From Gammaproteobacteria bacterium (GTDB lineage: Bacteria > Pseudomonadota > Gammaproteobacteria > Pseudomonadales > JAUIET01): 64,000 nt of DNA. The notes beneath the pieces are model-generated. The model was not told where the DNA came from, ran no database searches, and saw only the letters and a list, made by a program, of their open reading frames with translations. The stretch is taken from positions 1,997 through 65,996 of the forward strand of contig JAUIHW010000021.1 of the NCBI GenBank assembly GCA_030431775.1, written 5' to 3'. The translations under genes were made by a program, and so were the position numbers. Shown piece by piece: positions 55,963 to 64,000 of the stretch. Each line of letters begins with the position of its first letter. Within the stretch, counting starts at the first letter, position 1.

Positions 55963-57287
55963 TGTGCTTCCTTAAGCAGTGCTGAATCCATTTTGCTTGC
56001 TGATTTACGCAGCCGGGCATAATAAAAACCGTCGTGCGCGCAAGGCAGCAACTGGCGGCCAACACGTCGGGCTACTCCCCAATCGGCAGCAATGGGATCA
56101 TGCGTTGCATCTTCCTGTGTTTCAAGAAAACCCGCCACTATTTGTTCATTTTCTTCCGGTAAAATTGAACATGTGACGTACAGAAGCGAGCCGCCTGGTG
56201 CCAGACGGGTCCAGCAGGCCTGCAGTATGTGCCGTTGCTGCGCAGCCAGTCCGGCCAGATCGGCGCTTTGACGCAGGTATTTTATGTCCGGATTACGGCG
56301 TATAACTCCGCTTGCCGAGCAAGGTACGTCGAGCAAAATATGCTGATAACAACCGTCTGCAATATCAGTCGGCCAGCTACTGAGGTCACCAGCATCCGCT
56401 TCGATCAGGCGGGCGTTGAGGCTCAGGCGTTTAAGGTTACTGGCAACCATGGTCAGGCGATGGGCGCTATTGTCGATCGCATCCAGCTTGATCTCGGCTT
56501 GCTTTTCCAACAGATGGCCGGTTTTGCCGCCCGGTGCGCAGCAGGCATCCAATACCCTGTCGCCAGGCTGCAGCGGCAATAACTCACCAGCCAGCTGCGC
56601 TGCCTCATCCTGCACGCTCACCAAGCCGTCATCGAAGCCTGGCAATTGAGAAACTTCCACGGCTTGCTCAAGAGTAAGCGCACACTGGCCGAGCAGACCA
56701 GGGCGCGCCGACAGCCCAGCCTCACTAAGCAGTCGCAGGTAGTCTGCGCGGCTGATGAGAGAGGAGTTCACTCTGAGAGTCATTGGTGGTCGGGAGTTGC
56801 TGGCGCTGAAGACACTGTCTGCCTGGTCTGGCCACGCCTGCTGTATACGTTCAAACAGCCAGTCGGGAAAAGCCTGTAGATCAGCGGCTGTCAGCGAGTT
56901 GAATAGGTGTTGTTGCTGGCGTTGAAAATTACGCAGTACAGCATTAATCAGGCCACGTGCCCATGGTTTCTTTAACTGGCCAACTGCCTGCACGGTTTCT
57001 GATACCGCCGCATGTGCCGGTACGCGCATATACAGTAGCTGGTACAGGCCCAGCAACAACAGTGCGCGCACATCGTCATCCTTCCTGCGCAGTGGCTTGC
57101 TGAGTAGTTGTTCCGTTAGCGCTTGCAATTGAAAGTACCAGCGCATTACACCGTAGCAAAACTCGCGGGTTTCGCTGTCGGCTATCTGTGATTTATCCGC
57201 TAATACCGTCGCCAGTGACCCCTGATGCTGGAAAACCTGCTGTAATAGAAGGGCGGCGTGCGCCCGGCTTCCCAGCTGTTGTGCCAT
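55959..57287 (-). CDS. rsmB: 16S rRNA (cytosine967-C5)-methyltransferase RsmB (Sun)
   Basis: NusB-like N-terminal domain, 'DACCAPGGKT' SAM motif and 'DVPCSASG' catalytic Cys motif. Start at ATG 57287, 1 nt after the fmt stop. Confidence 0.93.
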   Translation of the reverse strand: MAQQLGSRAHAALLLQQVFQHQGSLATVLADKSQIADSETREFCYGVMRWYFQLQALTEQLLSKPLRRKDDDVRALLLLGLYQLLYMRVPAHAAVSETVQAVGQLKKPWARGLINAVLRNFQRQQQHLFNSLTAADLQAFPDWLFERIQQAWPDQADSVFSASNSRPPMTLRVNSSLISRADYLRLLSEAGLSARPGLLGQCALTLEQAVEVSQLPGFDDGLVSVQDEAAQLAGELLPLQPGDRVLDACCAPGGKTGHLLEKQAEIKLDAIDNSAHRLTMVASNLKRLSLNARLIEADAGDLSSWPTDIADGCYQHILLDVPCSASGVIRRNPDIKYLRQSADLAGLAAQQRHILQACWTRLAPGGSLLYVTCSILPEENEQIVAGFLETQEDATHDPIAADWGVARRVGRQLLPCAHDGFYYARLRKSASKMDSALLKEAQ

Positions 57288-57288
57288 G

Positions 57289-58251
57289 TCAGGCACAGGA
57301 GAAACGCTGCCCCGGCGCGAACAGCTCGGGACGTGCGTTGATAAGGTCTGACATTGGGAGCATGCGCCCGCCAGGTAGTTGGGCATTGCACAGTTGTACA
57401 CAAGCATTGCCAGTCGCAACGTGGGGGCCCTGCTTATCCAGTGCGACTATCGTACCGGGGGGTGCGGACCCGGCCTTCTGACTGCTGCGCCCCGGACCAA
57501 GCTTGACCCGCGTTTCGCCAAGAAAACTGTGACAGGTGTAGCGAGAATAAAATGCCCGCAATTTTCGCTCGATAACAGACGCATCCAGACTCCAGTCAAC
57601 CTGACACTCAGACTTGTTCACTTTGGCGGCATAACAGCTTTGCCCATCCTGTTGTGGCTCGGCTGACGCCAGGTAGTCTTGCAGTGAGGTGAGCACTGTT
57701 ACGATGGCCTCACCACCGATCAACGCCAACTGCTCATGCAGAGTGTCACCGCTTGTATCCGCTGTGATCGGGCAACTTTTCTTTAACAACATGTCCCCGG
57801 TGTCCAGGCCTTCGTCCATGCGCATGATGGTTATGCCGGTTTCCCGATCGCCATGCTCAATAGCGCGTTCAATGGGTGCTGCGCCGCGCCATCTAGGCAA
57901 TAGAGATGCGTGTATGTTGAGACAGCCATAGCGTGGCACTGCCAATAGTTCCGCAGGCAACAATAAACCGTAAGCGGCAACGATCATGACGTCGGCCCGC
58001 AAAGCTCGCAATTGTTCATGCTCGCTGCTGGCCTTTAGGCTGGGCGGCTGAAAAACCGGGATGCCAGCATCCAGGGCCAGGCTTTTTACTGGACTGGGGC
58101 TCAGTTTTTTTCCACGGCCCTGTGGGCGGTCCGGCTGGGTATAAACCCCGATCAGCTCACCAACTTCCTGCTGGATGAGGCATTGTAAGGCCTGTGCTGC
58201 GAAACCGGGTGTGCCGGCAAAAACCAGCCTGGGGCGGGCCTGGCCTGTCAT
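57289..58251 (-). CDS. fmt: methionyl-tRNA formyltransferase
   Basis: 'LVFAGTPGFAA', 'NIHASLLPRWRGAAPI' (SLLP motif). 320 aa. Confidence 0.96.
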   Translation of the reverse strand: MTGQARPRLVFAGTPGFAAQALQCLIQQEVGELIGVYTQPDRPQGRGKKLSPSPVKSLALDAGIPVFQPPSLKASSEHEQLRALRADVMIVAAYGLLLPAELLAVPRYGCLNIHASLLPRWRGAAPIERAIEHGDRETGITIMRMDEGLDTGDMLLKKSCPITADTSGDTLHEQLALIGGEAIVTVLTSLQDYLASAEPQQDGQSCYAAKVNKSECQVDWSLDASVIERKLRAFYSRYTCHSFLGETRVKLGPGRSSQKAGSAPPGTIVALDKQGPHVATGNACVQLCNAQLPGGRMLPMSDLINARPELFAPGQRFSCA

Positions 58252-58751
58252 CAGGCGCGCTGGCGCTTTTTCAGCTTACTGCGCAAACGTTGCCGCTTTA
58301 GCGACGACAGGTAGTCAACGAACAACTTGCCATTAAGGTGGTCAATCTCGTGCTGCACGCAAACAGCGAGCAGTTCATCAGGCTGAATAACAAATGGCTT
58401 GCCATGTCGGTCCAGCGCACTTACCTGCACGTTGGCGGGCCGCTTCACGGTGTCCTGGTACTCAGGCACGGACAGGCAGCCTTCCTCATAACTGCGCATT
58501 TCATGGCCTAGAACGGTTACCTCCGGATTGATCAGCACCAGGGGGTCATTTCGCTCAGAGCTCACATCGATCACTATGAGCCGCTCATGAACATCGACCT
58601 GAGTCGCGGCCAGGCCTATACCAGGCGCGTCGTACATGGTCTCCAGCATGTCGTCCGCCAGTTGCCGATGGCGGTCGCTTACGCTGCCAATAGGCTTGGC
58701 CTTGGTGCGCAATCTGGGATCCGGAAACTCCAATATTTCTAATAGCGCCAT
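58251..58751 (-). CDS. def: peptide deformylase
   Basis: 'GIGLAATQV', 'EGCLSVP' and 'QHEIDHLNG' motifs. 166 aa. Confidence 0.97.
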   Translation of the reverse strand: MALLEILEFPDPRLRTKAKPIGSVSDRHRQLADDMLETMYDAPGIGLAATQVDVHERLIVIDVSSERNDPLVLINPEVTVLGHEMRSYEEGCLSVPEYQDTVKRPANVQVSALDRHGKPFVIQPDELLAVCVQHEIDHLNGKLFVDYLSSLKRQRLRSKLKKRQRA

Positions 58752-59007
58752 AATTGCTTAACAGTGGCTACGTGAACGAACACGCAATTACAGAAAAAAG
58801 TGAATTTTACCAACTACTTGGCTGTTCATTGAACAGTTGCGCTCGGGGGCGAAACTGCAGACACATGCTATAGTATAAATTGAGTTATGGCGCTGTGCGC
58901 GCAAAAATCAAGGGCCTTGGTCAATCCGGCCCCGGTTAACTACAGCAAGCCTTGTGCAGTGTTTGAACGCAACGCACCCAACGAGCGGGTACGTTAATAA
59001 AGGAAGC

Positions 59008-60042
59008 ATGATGAAACAATTACTGCTGTCCAGCCTGTTAGGGCTGTGCCTTTTTGGATTGGCCGCCTCGGCTGATGATGTGGTTTTGCGTGATGGCCAC
59101 CCGGATCAGCACGTGGTGGTTAAAGGCGATACGCTGTGGGATATTTCCGGCACTTTTCTGCGCGACCCATGGATGTGGCCGGAAATTTGGCAGGTAAACC
59201 CGCAAATCGCCAATCCACACCTGATCTTTCCGGGCGATGTCATTAATCTGGTGTATCTGGATGGCAAGCCCCGTCTTCGGGTTCGCCGCGGCCCGAACGG
59301 TGACACCGTCCGCATTACACCGAAGATGCGCCTGTCACCGGTCGACAATGCTATTCCAGCTATACCGCTGGAGAAAATCAATGCCTTTTTGAGTAAGAGC
59401 CGGATTGTGGCCGAAGGGGAGCTGGAAGCCGCGCCTTATGTTTTGGCGGGTGCGCAAGGGCACATAGTGACTGGCGCCGGAGATGAGCTGTTTGCCCGCG
59501 GCGACTTTTCAGGTGATGACGAGGTGTACGGCGTATTTCGCAAGGGCGAAGTGTTTAGAGACCCTGAAACCCGCGAAGTGTTGGGTGTTGCGGCTCTTGA
59601 TATTGGTGGGGTTAAACTGCAGGAATTGGATGGTGATATCGCCAAGTTCCAGATCAACCGAAGTCTTGAGGAAATTCGTATTGAGGACCGCTTGCTACCC
59701 AACGTAGAGCGCAGGGTCACAGCGACTTTTATGCCCAGCGCGCCAAAGACCGAGGTGAGTGGCTACATCGCAGCCGTGGAAGGTGGTGTTACCCAGATTG
59801 GCTTTATGGACATTGTGATTTTGAATCGCGGCGAACGCGACGGCCTGGAAGTGGGCAATGTGCTGGCGATTGACCGTCGAGGAGAACGCGTGCGGGATCG
59901 TATAGAACGGGAATGGGTGCAATTACCGGATGAGCGTGCTGGACTGTTGATGGTTTTTCGTACTTATGAAAAAATGAGCTTTGGACTGGTGCTGCGGGCC
60001 ACTCAGCCTCTCAAGGTAATGGACCGCGTGCACAACCCGTAG
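59008..60042 (+). CDS. tsaP: LysM peptidoglycan-binding protein, TsaP-like
   Basis: Signal peptide, then LysM 'VVVKGDTLWDISGTFLRDPWMWPEIWQVNPQIANPHLIFPGDVINL'. Conserved position between def and dprA, as I recall for Pseudomonas PA0020. ATG 59011 is an alternative start. Confidence 0.65.
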   Translation: MMKQLLLSSLLGLCLFGLAASADDVVLRDGHPDQHVVVKGDTLWDISGTFLRDPWMWPEIWQVNPQIANPHLIFPGDVINLVYLDGKPRLRVRRGPNGDTVRITPKMRLSPVDNAIPAIPLEKINAFLSKSRIVAEGELEAAPYVLAGAQGHIVTGAGDELFARGDFSGDDEVYGVFRKGEVFRDPETREVLGVAALDIGGVKLQELDGDIAKFQINRSLEEIRIEDRLLPNVERRVTATFMPSAPKTEVSGYIAAVEGGVTQIGFMDIVILNRGERDGLEVGNVLAIDRRGERVRDRIEREWVQLPDERAGLLMVFRTYEKMSFGLVLRATQPLKVMDRVHNP

Positions 60043-60116
60043 CGGACAGCACTATACACCCAGGAAGGGACGCTCTTATTCGCCATCCGCTGCTTTCTTA
60101 ACGAAAGGAGCCAAGG

Positions 60117-61229
60117 ATGGCAGACTCTTCTCTTATCTATATGGCCTTGCAACGCCTACCCGAGCTGGGCCCCAAGCGCGAAGCCCGCCTGTTTCAGCAT
60201 TTCACCAACCTCGAATCACTGTTCAGCGCCGGCCCAACAGCCTGGCGCGCGCAGGGCTTGCCCGCTGCAACCGTTATGGCGCTGCAAGAGCTGGGGCTGA
60301 AGCAGGAGCGCTCTGCGTGGGTGGAGCAGGTGAAAGCGGATCATCAGCGCTGTTGCGAGCAAGGTTGGCACCTGATAACTCTGGAGTCAGCAGACTATCC
60401 GCCCATGCTGCGCCAGATTCACCTCGCGCCACCGTTACTGTATGCCTGGGGAGATCATGACGTACTGCAGCTCGAACAAGTGGCCATGGTTGGTAGCCGC
60501 AAGGCCTCTGGAGGAGGGGTTAGAACCGCACAACTGCTGGCCCGCGAACTCGCCGGGGCCGGTGTCTGCGTGACCAGTGGTCTGGCGCTCGGTATTGATT
60601 CGGCCAGTCATCACGCCGCGTTGGAGGCAGGTGGTAAAACCATTGCGGTGCTTGGCAGCGGCCTGGCAAATTTGTACCCCAGACGCAATCAGGCGCTGGC
60701 CAGCGCCATAGCCGCGCAGGGCTGTGTGGTCAGCGAGTTTTGGCCCGATGCACCCCCGCGGCCTGAGCATTTCCCGCAGCGCAACCGGATCATCAGTGGG
60801 CTCTGTGATGCGGTAATCGTCGTTGAGGCTGCTGAGCGCAGCGGGTCATTGATTACCGCCCGTTACGCCATCGAGCAAAACCGTAGTGTTTTCGCGCTGC
60901 CCGGTTCGATCAATAACCCGTTGAGCAAAGGCTGCAATACGCTTATTCAACAAGGTGCCCAGTTGCTTAATTCCGCCGAAGAACTGCTGGCAGAACTCAA
61001 TGTGGCCAGCTCAATTTGCAGATCAGCCACCCGCGTGCCGGCCGCAAGTGAGCCGCCCGTTGAGCGCCTCGCAGAGGTGCTTTATCAGGTGGATTTTGAA
61101 GACACACCCATTGACACCATTATCAGTGCCAGTGGGCAGACGCCACAGGCGGTGTTGGCGGCCCTGTCTGAGCTGGTACTGCTGGGGCGGGTGGAGCAGT
61201 CTGCTGGCGGCTTTTGCCGCTTGAAATAG
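60117..61229 (+). CDS. dprA: DNA-processing protein DprA (Smf)
   Basis: 'VGSRKAS', 'SGLALGIDSASHHAAL' and 'VVEAAERSGSLITA' Rossmann-like DprA core. 370 aa. Confidence 0.93.
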   Translation: MADSSLIYMALQRLPELGPKREARLFQHFTNLESLFSAGPTAWRAQGLPAATVMALQELGLKQERSAWVEQVKADHQRCCEQGWHLITLESADYPPMLRQIHLAPPLLYAWGDHDVLQLEQVAMVGSRKASGGGVRTAQLLARELAGAGVCVTSGLALGIDSASHHAALEAGGKTIAVLGSGLANLYPRRNQALASAIAAQGCVVSEFWPDAPPRPEHFPQRNRIISGLCDAVIVVEAAERSGSLITARYAIEQNRSVFALPGSINNPLSKGCNTLIQQGAQLLNSAEELLAELNVASSICRSATRVPAASEPPVERLAEVLYQVDFEDTPIDTIISASGQTPQAVLAALSELVLLGRVEQSAGGFCRLK

Positions 61230-61282
61230 GGCTTTTGGCTTGCGTAGTCGCAGTAGTTGGGGTAACTTTCGCGCCTCCTTGA

Positions 61283-61906
61283 ATGCCAGCCTCCGGGACG
61301 GTTAAGACCATTCAAAGCCCATTCAAAGTTCGCTTAGCAGCTGACGTCCTCAAATCCGGGGGGCTGCTTGCCTATCCCACGGAAGCCGTGTGGGGGCTGG
61401 GTTGTGACCCGCGCCAGCCACAAGCTCTTTATCGCTTGCTTTCCCTAAAGGGCCGCGCGGCCGAGAAGGGCTTGATTCTTGTTGCGGCCGACTTGGCCCA
61501 ATTACTGCCTTTTCTTGCGCCTCTTAACTCCGCACAGCTTAGCCGCCTGCAGGCCAGTACAAGCCACCCGGTCAGCTGGGTTGCACCAGCCGGAGAAGCG
61601 ACCAGTGAGCTGCTAACAGGCGGCAGGCCAAGCATTGCGGTGCGAGTAAGTACTCACCCTGGCGTTGTGGAGTTGTGCCGGGCATTCGCGGGCCCTGTGG
61701 TGTCGACCTCGGCAAATCCCAGTGGCAGGCCGCCCGCGCGTGATCTGTTGAGAGCGCGCTGTTATTTTGGTGACCGGGTCGATTACTATTTAGCGGGTGA
61801 CATCGGTGATGCCCCAGGGCCCAGCGAAATCCGTGATCTCTGCAGTAATGCCGTCATTCGTCCAGCGGCTACCGCGCTGTCCAGCCAGGAGAGAAGCCTT
61901 GGATAA
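61283..61906 (+). CDS. tsaC: L-threonylcarbamoyladenylate synthase type 1 TsaC (YrdC)
   Basis: '[14 protein letters not shown]', '[13 protein letters not shown]' and 'STSANPSG' motifs. Confidence 0.9.
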   Translation: MPASGTVKTIQSPFKVRLAADVLKSGGLLAYPTEAVWGLGCDPRQPQALYRLLSLKGRAAEKGLILVAADLAQLLPFLAPLNSAQLSRLQASTSHPVSWVAPAGEATSELLTGGRPSIAVRVSTHPGVVELCRAFAGPVVSTSANPSGRPPARDLLRARCYFGDRVDYYLAGDIGDAPGPSEIRDLCSNAVIRPAATALSSQERSLG

Positions 61907-62801
61907 ATCAGCCGTTCGCTCCTACCTGCTCGCCTTGCAGGACAATATTTGCCAGGCCATGTTGCAGCAGGACCCCGAGGTTAACCACGTACGGGATAGC
62001 TGGCAGCGCAGTGAAGGCGGTGGTGGGGAAAGCCGGGTGTTCAGTGACGGAGCGGTGTTTGAAAAAGCCGGCGTCAACTTTTCCCACATAAAAGGGGCGG
62101 CTCTCCCTGCCAGTGCGAGTGAGCGTCGAGCGGACATTGCTGGCCGGCGTTACGAAGCGATGGGCGTGTCGTTGGTCATTCATCCACTGAACCCTTACGT
62201 ACCGACCAGCCATGCCAATGTGCGCTTCTTTATTGCTGAGGACGACAATGCCGAACCGGTGTGGTGGTTTGGCGGTGGTTATGATTTGACTCCATACTAT
62301 GGCTATGTTGAAGATTGCGAGCATTGGCACCGTACCGCCCGTCAGGCCTGTCAAGTGCTGGGTGATGACGCCTACCCGCGTTATAAAAGCTGGTGTGACG
62401 AATACTTCTATCTTAAGCATCGCCAGGAGGCGCGTGGAATCGGCGGCCTGTTTTTCGATGACCTGACTGGTGACTTTGAGCGGTGCTTCGCGTTTCTCAA
62501 GGCGGTGGGTGACTCCTATTTACCCGCGTATATGCCTATTGTTGAAAAGCGCCATGGCCAACCATGGGGCGAACGCGAGCGACAGTTTCAACTGTACCGG
62601 CGCGGCCGCTACGTTGAGTTCAATCTGGTTTATGATCGCGGCACACTGTTTGGCCTGCAGAGTAATGGCCGGACAGAAAGCATTTTGATGTCATTGCCAC
62701 CGCTGGTGCGATGGGAATACGATTATCATCCTCAGGACGGCAGTGCCGAGGCGGCGCTGAGTACTGATTTCCTGCCACCCCGTGACTGGTTGAGACCCTG
62801 A
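61899..62801 (+). CDS. hemF: oxygen-dependent coproporphyrinogen III oxidase
   Basis: 'GGGESRV', '[23 protein letters not shown]', '[13 protein letters not shown]' and '[20 protein letters not shown]'. TTG start at 61899 with an AGGAGAG SD, giving 300 aa. Confidence 0.93.
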   Translation: MDKSAVRSYLLALQDNICQAMLQQDPEVNHVRDSWQRSEGGGGESRVFSDGAVFEKAGVNFSHIKGAALPASASERRADIAGRRYEAMGVSLVIHPLNPYVPTSHANVRFFIAEDDNAEPVWWFGGGYDLTPYYGYVEDCEHWHRTARQACQVLGDDAYPRYKSWCDEYFYLKHRQEARGIGGLFFDDLTGDFERCFAFLKAVGDSYLPAYMPIVEKRHGQPWGERERQFQLYRRGRYVEFNLVYDRGTLFGLQSNGRTESILMSLPPLVRWEYDYHPQDGSAEAALSTDFLPPRDWLRP

Positions 62802-62804
62802 ACC

Positions 62805-63641
62805 ATGGATCGATACGCTGTATTTGGAAACCCAATCGCACAAAGCAAGTCACCGCTGATCCACAAACTGTTTGCTGAGCAAACCCATCAGGCCCTGAGC
62901 TATGACTCAATGCTGGTTGAGCTCGACAGTTTTTCGCAGGCAGTGACCGAGTTTTTTGCCGATGGTGGTATGGGCTTAAACGTGACTGTGCCTTTCAAGC
63001 TTGAAGCCTGGCAGATCGTGGATGATTGCTGTGCCCGTGCCAGCCGTGCACGCGCGGTAAACACCATCAAGCGTGAGGCCAATGGTGACCTGTTCGGCAC
63101 CAATACAGACGGGCTCGGTTTGTGCCGCGATCTGCAAAACAATCTGGGCTGGCAGGTCGCCGGTCGACGCATTCTGATCATCGGTGCCGGCGGTGCTGTT
63201 CGGGGTGTTCTGGGGCCTCTGTTCGATCTTTCGCCACAATCCATTGTGATCAATAATCGTACGCCAGAAAAGGCGGAACAGCTTTGCGCCGAATTCGCCG
63301 CATTGGGTGATATCTCCTGCAGCAGCCCGAAGGGCCTTCGCAAACAGCGCTTTGACCTGGTGATCAATGCCAGTGCAGCCAGTCTCAGTGGGGAGCTGCC
63401 GGATGTGCCCGGCAGTGTTTTTGCCGGCGAGTGTCGGGCTTACGACATGTTCTATGCGGCCAGAAAAACCGCTTTTTTACGCTGGGCTGACAATCATGGT
63501 GCGCAGGAATGCGCCGACGGCCTGGGTATGTTGGTGGAGCAGGCAGCGGAGTCTTTTGCGTTGTGGCGCGAGACCCGACCGGAAACCACCGCGGTTATTG
63601 CCCGGGTTAGAGCGGACCTGGAACACAGCGATTCAGCCTGA
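62805..63641 (+). CDS. aroE: shikimate dehydrogenase
   Basis: 'VFGNPIAQSKSPLIH', 'LNVTVPFK', 'NTDGLG' and 'GAGGAVRG' motifs. 278 aa. Confidence 0.95.
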   Translation: MDRYAVFGNPIAQSKSPLIHKLFAEQTHQALSYDSMLVELDSFSQAVTEFFADGGMGLNVTVPFKLEAWQIVDDCCARASRARAVNTIKREANGDLFGTNTDGLGLCRDLQNNLGWQVAGRRILIIGAGGAVRGVLGPLFDLSPQSIVINNRTPEKAEQLCAEFAALGDISCSSPKGLRKQRFDLVINASAASLSGELPDVPGSVFAGECRAYDMFYAARKTAFLRWADNHGAQECADGLGMLVEQAAESFALWRETRPETTAVIARVRADLEHSDSA

Positions 63642-63648
63642 TTGCCGC

Positions 63649-64000
63649 TCAGCTTTCCGCCAGGTGCCGGTCTTTCAGGCGAACATAATTATTGGCGCTG
63701 TAAGAGAAAAACTCGCGCTCCTTTGAGCTTATTTCGCGGACCGGTTTGGCCGGGCTGCCACGGTATAAAAAGCCGCCTTGCAGATGCTTTCCGGGGCTGA
63801 CTACACTGCCGGCGGCAATGATCACCTCGGACTCAATCACAGCGCCGTCCATGACAATAGCACCCATGCCAACCAGAACATGGTCGGCCAGCGTGCAGCC
63901 ATGCAGAATCACACCATGGGCAATGATGCACTCATCGCCAATGTGCAGGGGGTAACCATCGGGGTTGAATGGCCCGGCATGGGTGATATGCAAAACCGAA
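63649..64000 (-). CDS. gamma-carbonic-anhydrase-like / hexapeptide-repeat transferase family protein (partial; 5' end beyond the window)
   Basis: Left-handed beta-helix hexapeptide repeats ('IGDECIIAHGVILHGCTLADHVLVGMGAIVMDGAVIE') and a YrdA-like C-terminus. The ORF is open to the window edge. Confidence 0.8.
   Translation of the reverse strand, partial: SVLHITHAGPFNPDGYPLHIGDECIIAHGVILHGCTLADHVLVGMGAIVMDGAVIESEVIIAAGSVVSPGKHLQGGFLYRGSPAKPVREISSKEREFFSYSANNYVRLKDRHLAES

Noticed and set aside
55075-56022. 315-codon plus-strand ORF. Similar long antisense ORFs occur at 26816-27718, 28272-29048, 22845-23588 and 35807-36439.
   Set aside because: All are embedded antisense in highly conserved genes (trkA, atpG/atpD, atpA, glmS, mnmG). 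They have no motifs and are best explained as frame shadows.
58822-58836. Reading the def-tsaP spacer palindrome as a LexA (SOS) box
   Set aside because: The spacing is CTGT-N7-ACAG rather than the N8 of the gammaproteobacterial LexA consensus. It is kept only as an unexplained palindrome.

Overview
This window is the replication-origin region of a gammaproteobacterial chromosome with Pseudomonas-type gene order. Coordinates 1-21.8 kb hold metabolic and accessory genes: a LemA/M48 peptidase pair, an operon of three acyl-CoA dehydrogenases plus an SDR, ypfJ, an alcohol dehydrogenase, several hypothetical envelope proteins, an epoxide-hydrolase-like protein, a GNAT/cupin/CelD-like trio, an orphan integrase N-terminal domain, and a crotonase plus HMG-CoA-reductase-like operon. 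Coordinates 21.8-40.9 kb, all on the minus strand, carry glmS-glmU, atpIBEFHAGDC, parAB, rsmG, mnmG, mnmE, yidC, yidD, rnpA and rpmH. The rpmH-dnaA spacer (about 41.0-41.3 kb) looks like oriC, with DnaA boxes and a stretch of about 82% AT. Next come dnaA-dnaN-recF-gyrB on the plus strand, with three perfect 16-bp parS palindromes in and just after recF. The rest is conserved housekeeping: plsC-gmhB-glyS-glyQ, an LpxL-family acyltransferase, trkH-trkA-rsmB-fmt-def, a LysM/TsaP-like gene, dprA, tsaC, hemF, aroE and a partial gamma-carbonic-anhydrase-like gene. I recognised no rRNA, tRNA, CRISPR array, transposase, complete integrase or known defence system. I found no convincing wholly new multi-gene system. 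The best leads are the parS sites written into recF codons plus a 20-bp palindrome just upstream of gyrB, a second DnaA-box cluster upstream of mnmG, the orphan class-I-like HMG-CoA reductase/crotonase operon, a probable heteromeric acyl-CoA dehydrogenase pair, the LemA/M48 pair with a TerB-like tail, and the GNAT/cupin/CelD-like cluster. All functional calls come from reading the translated ORFs and remembering family motifs; no database search was run.
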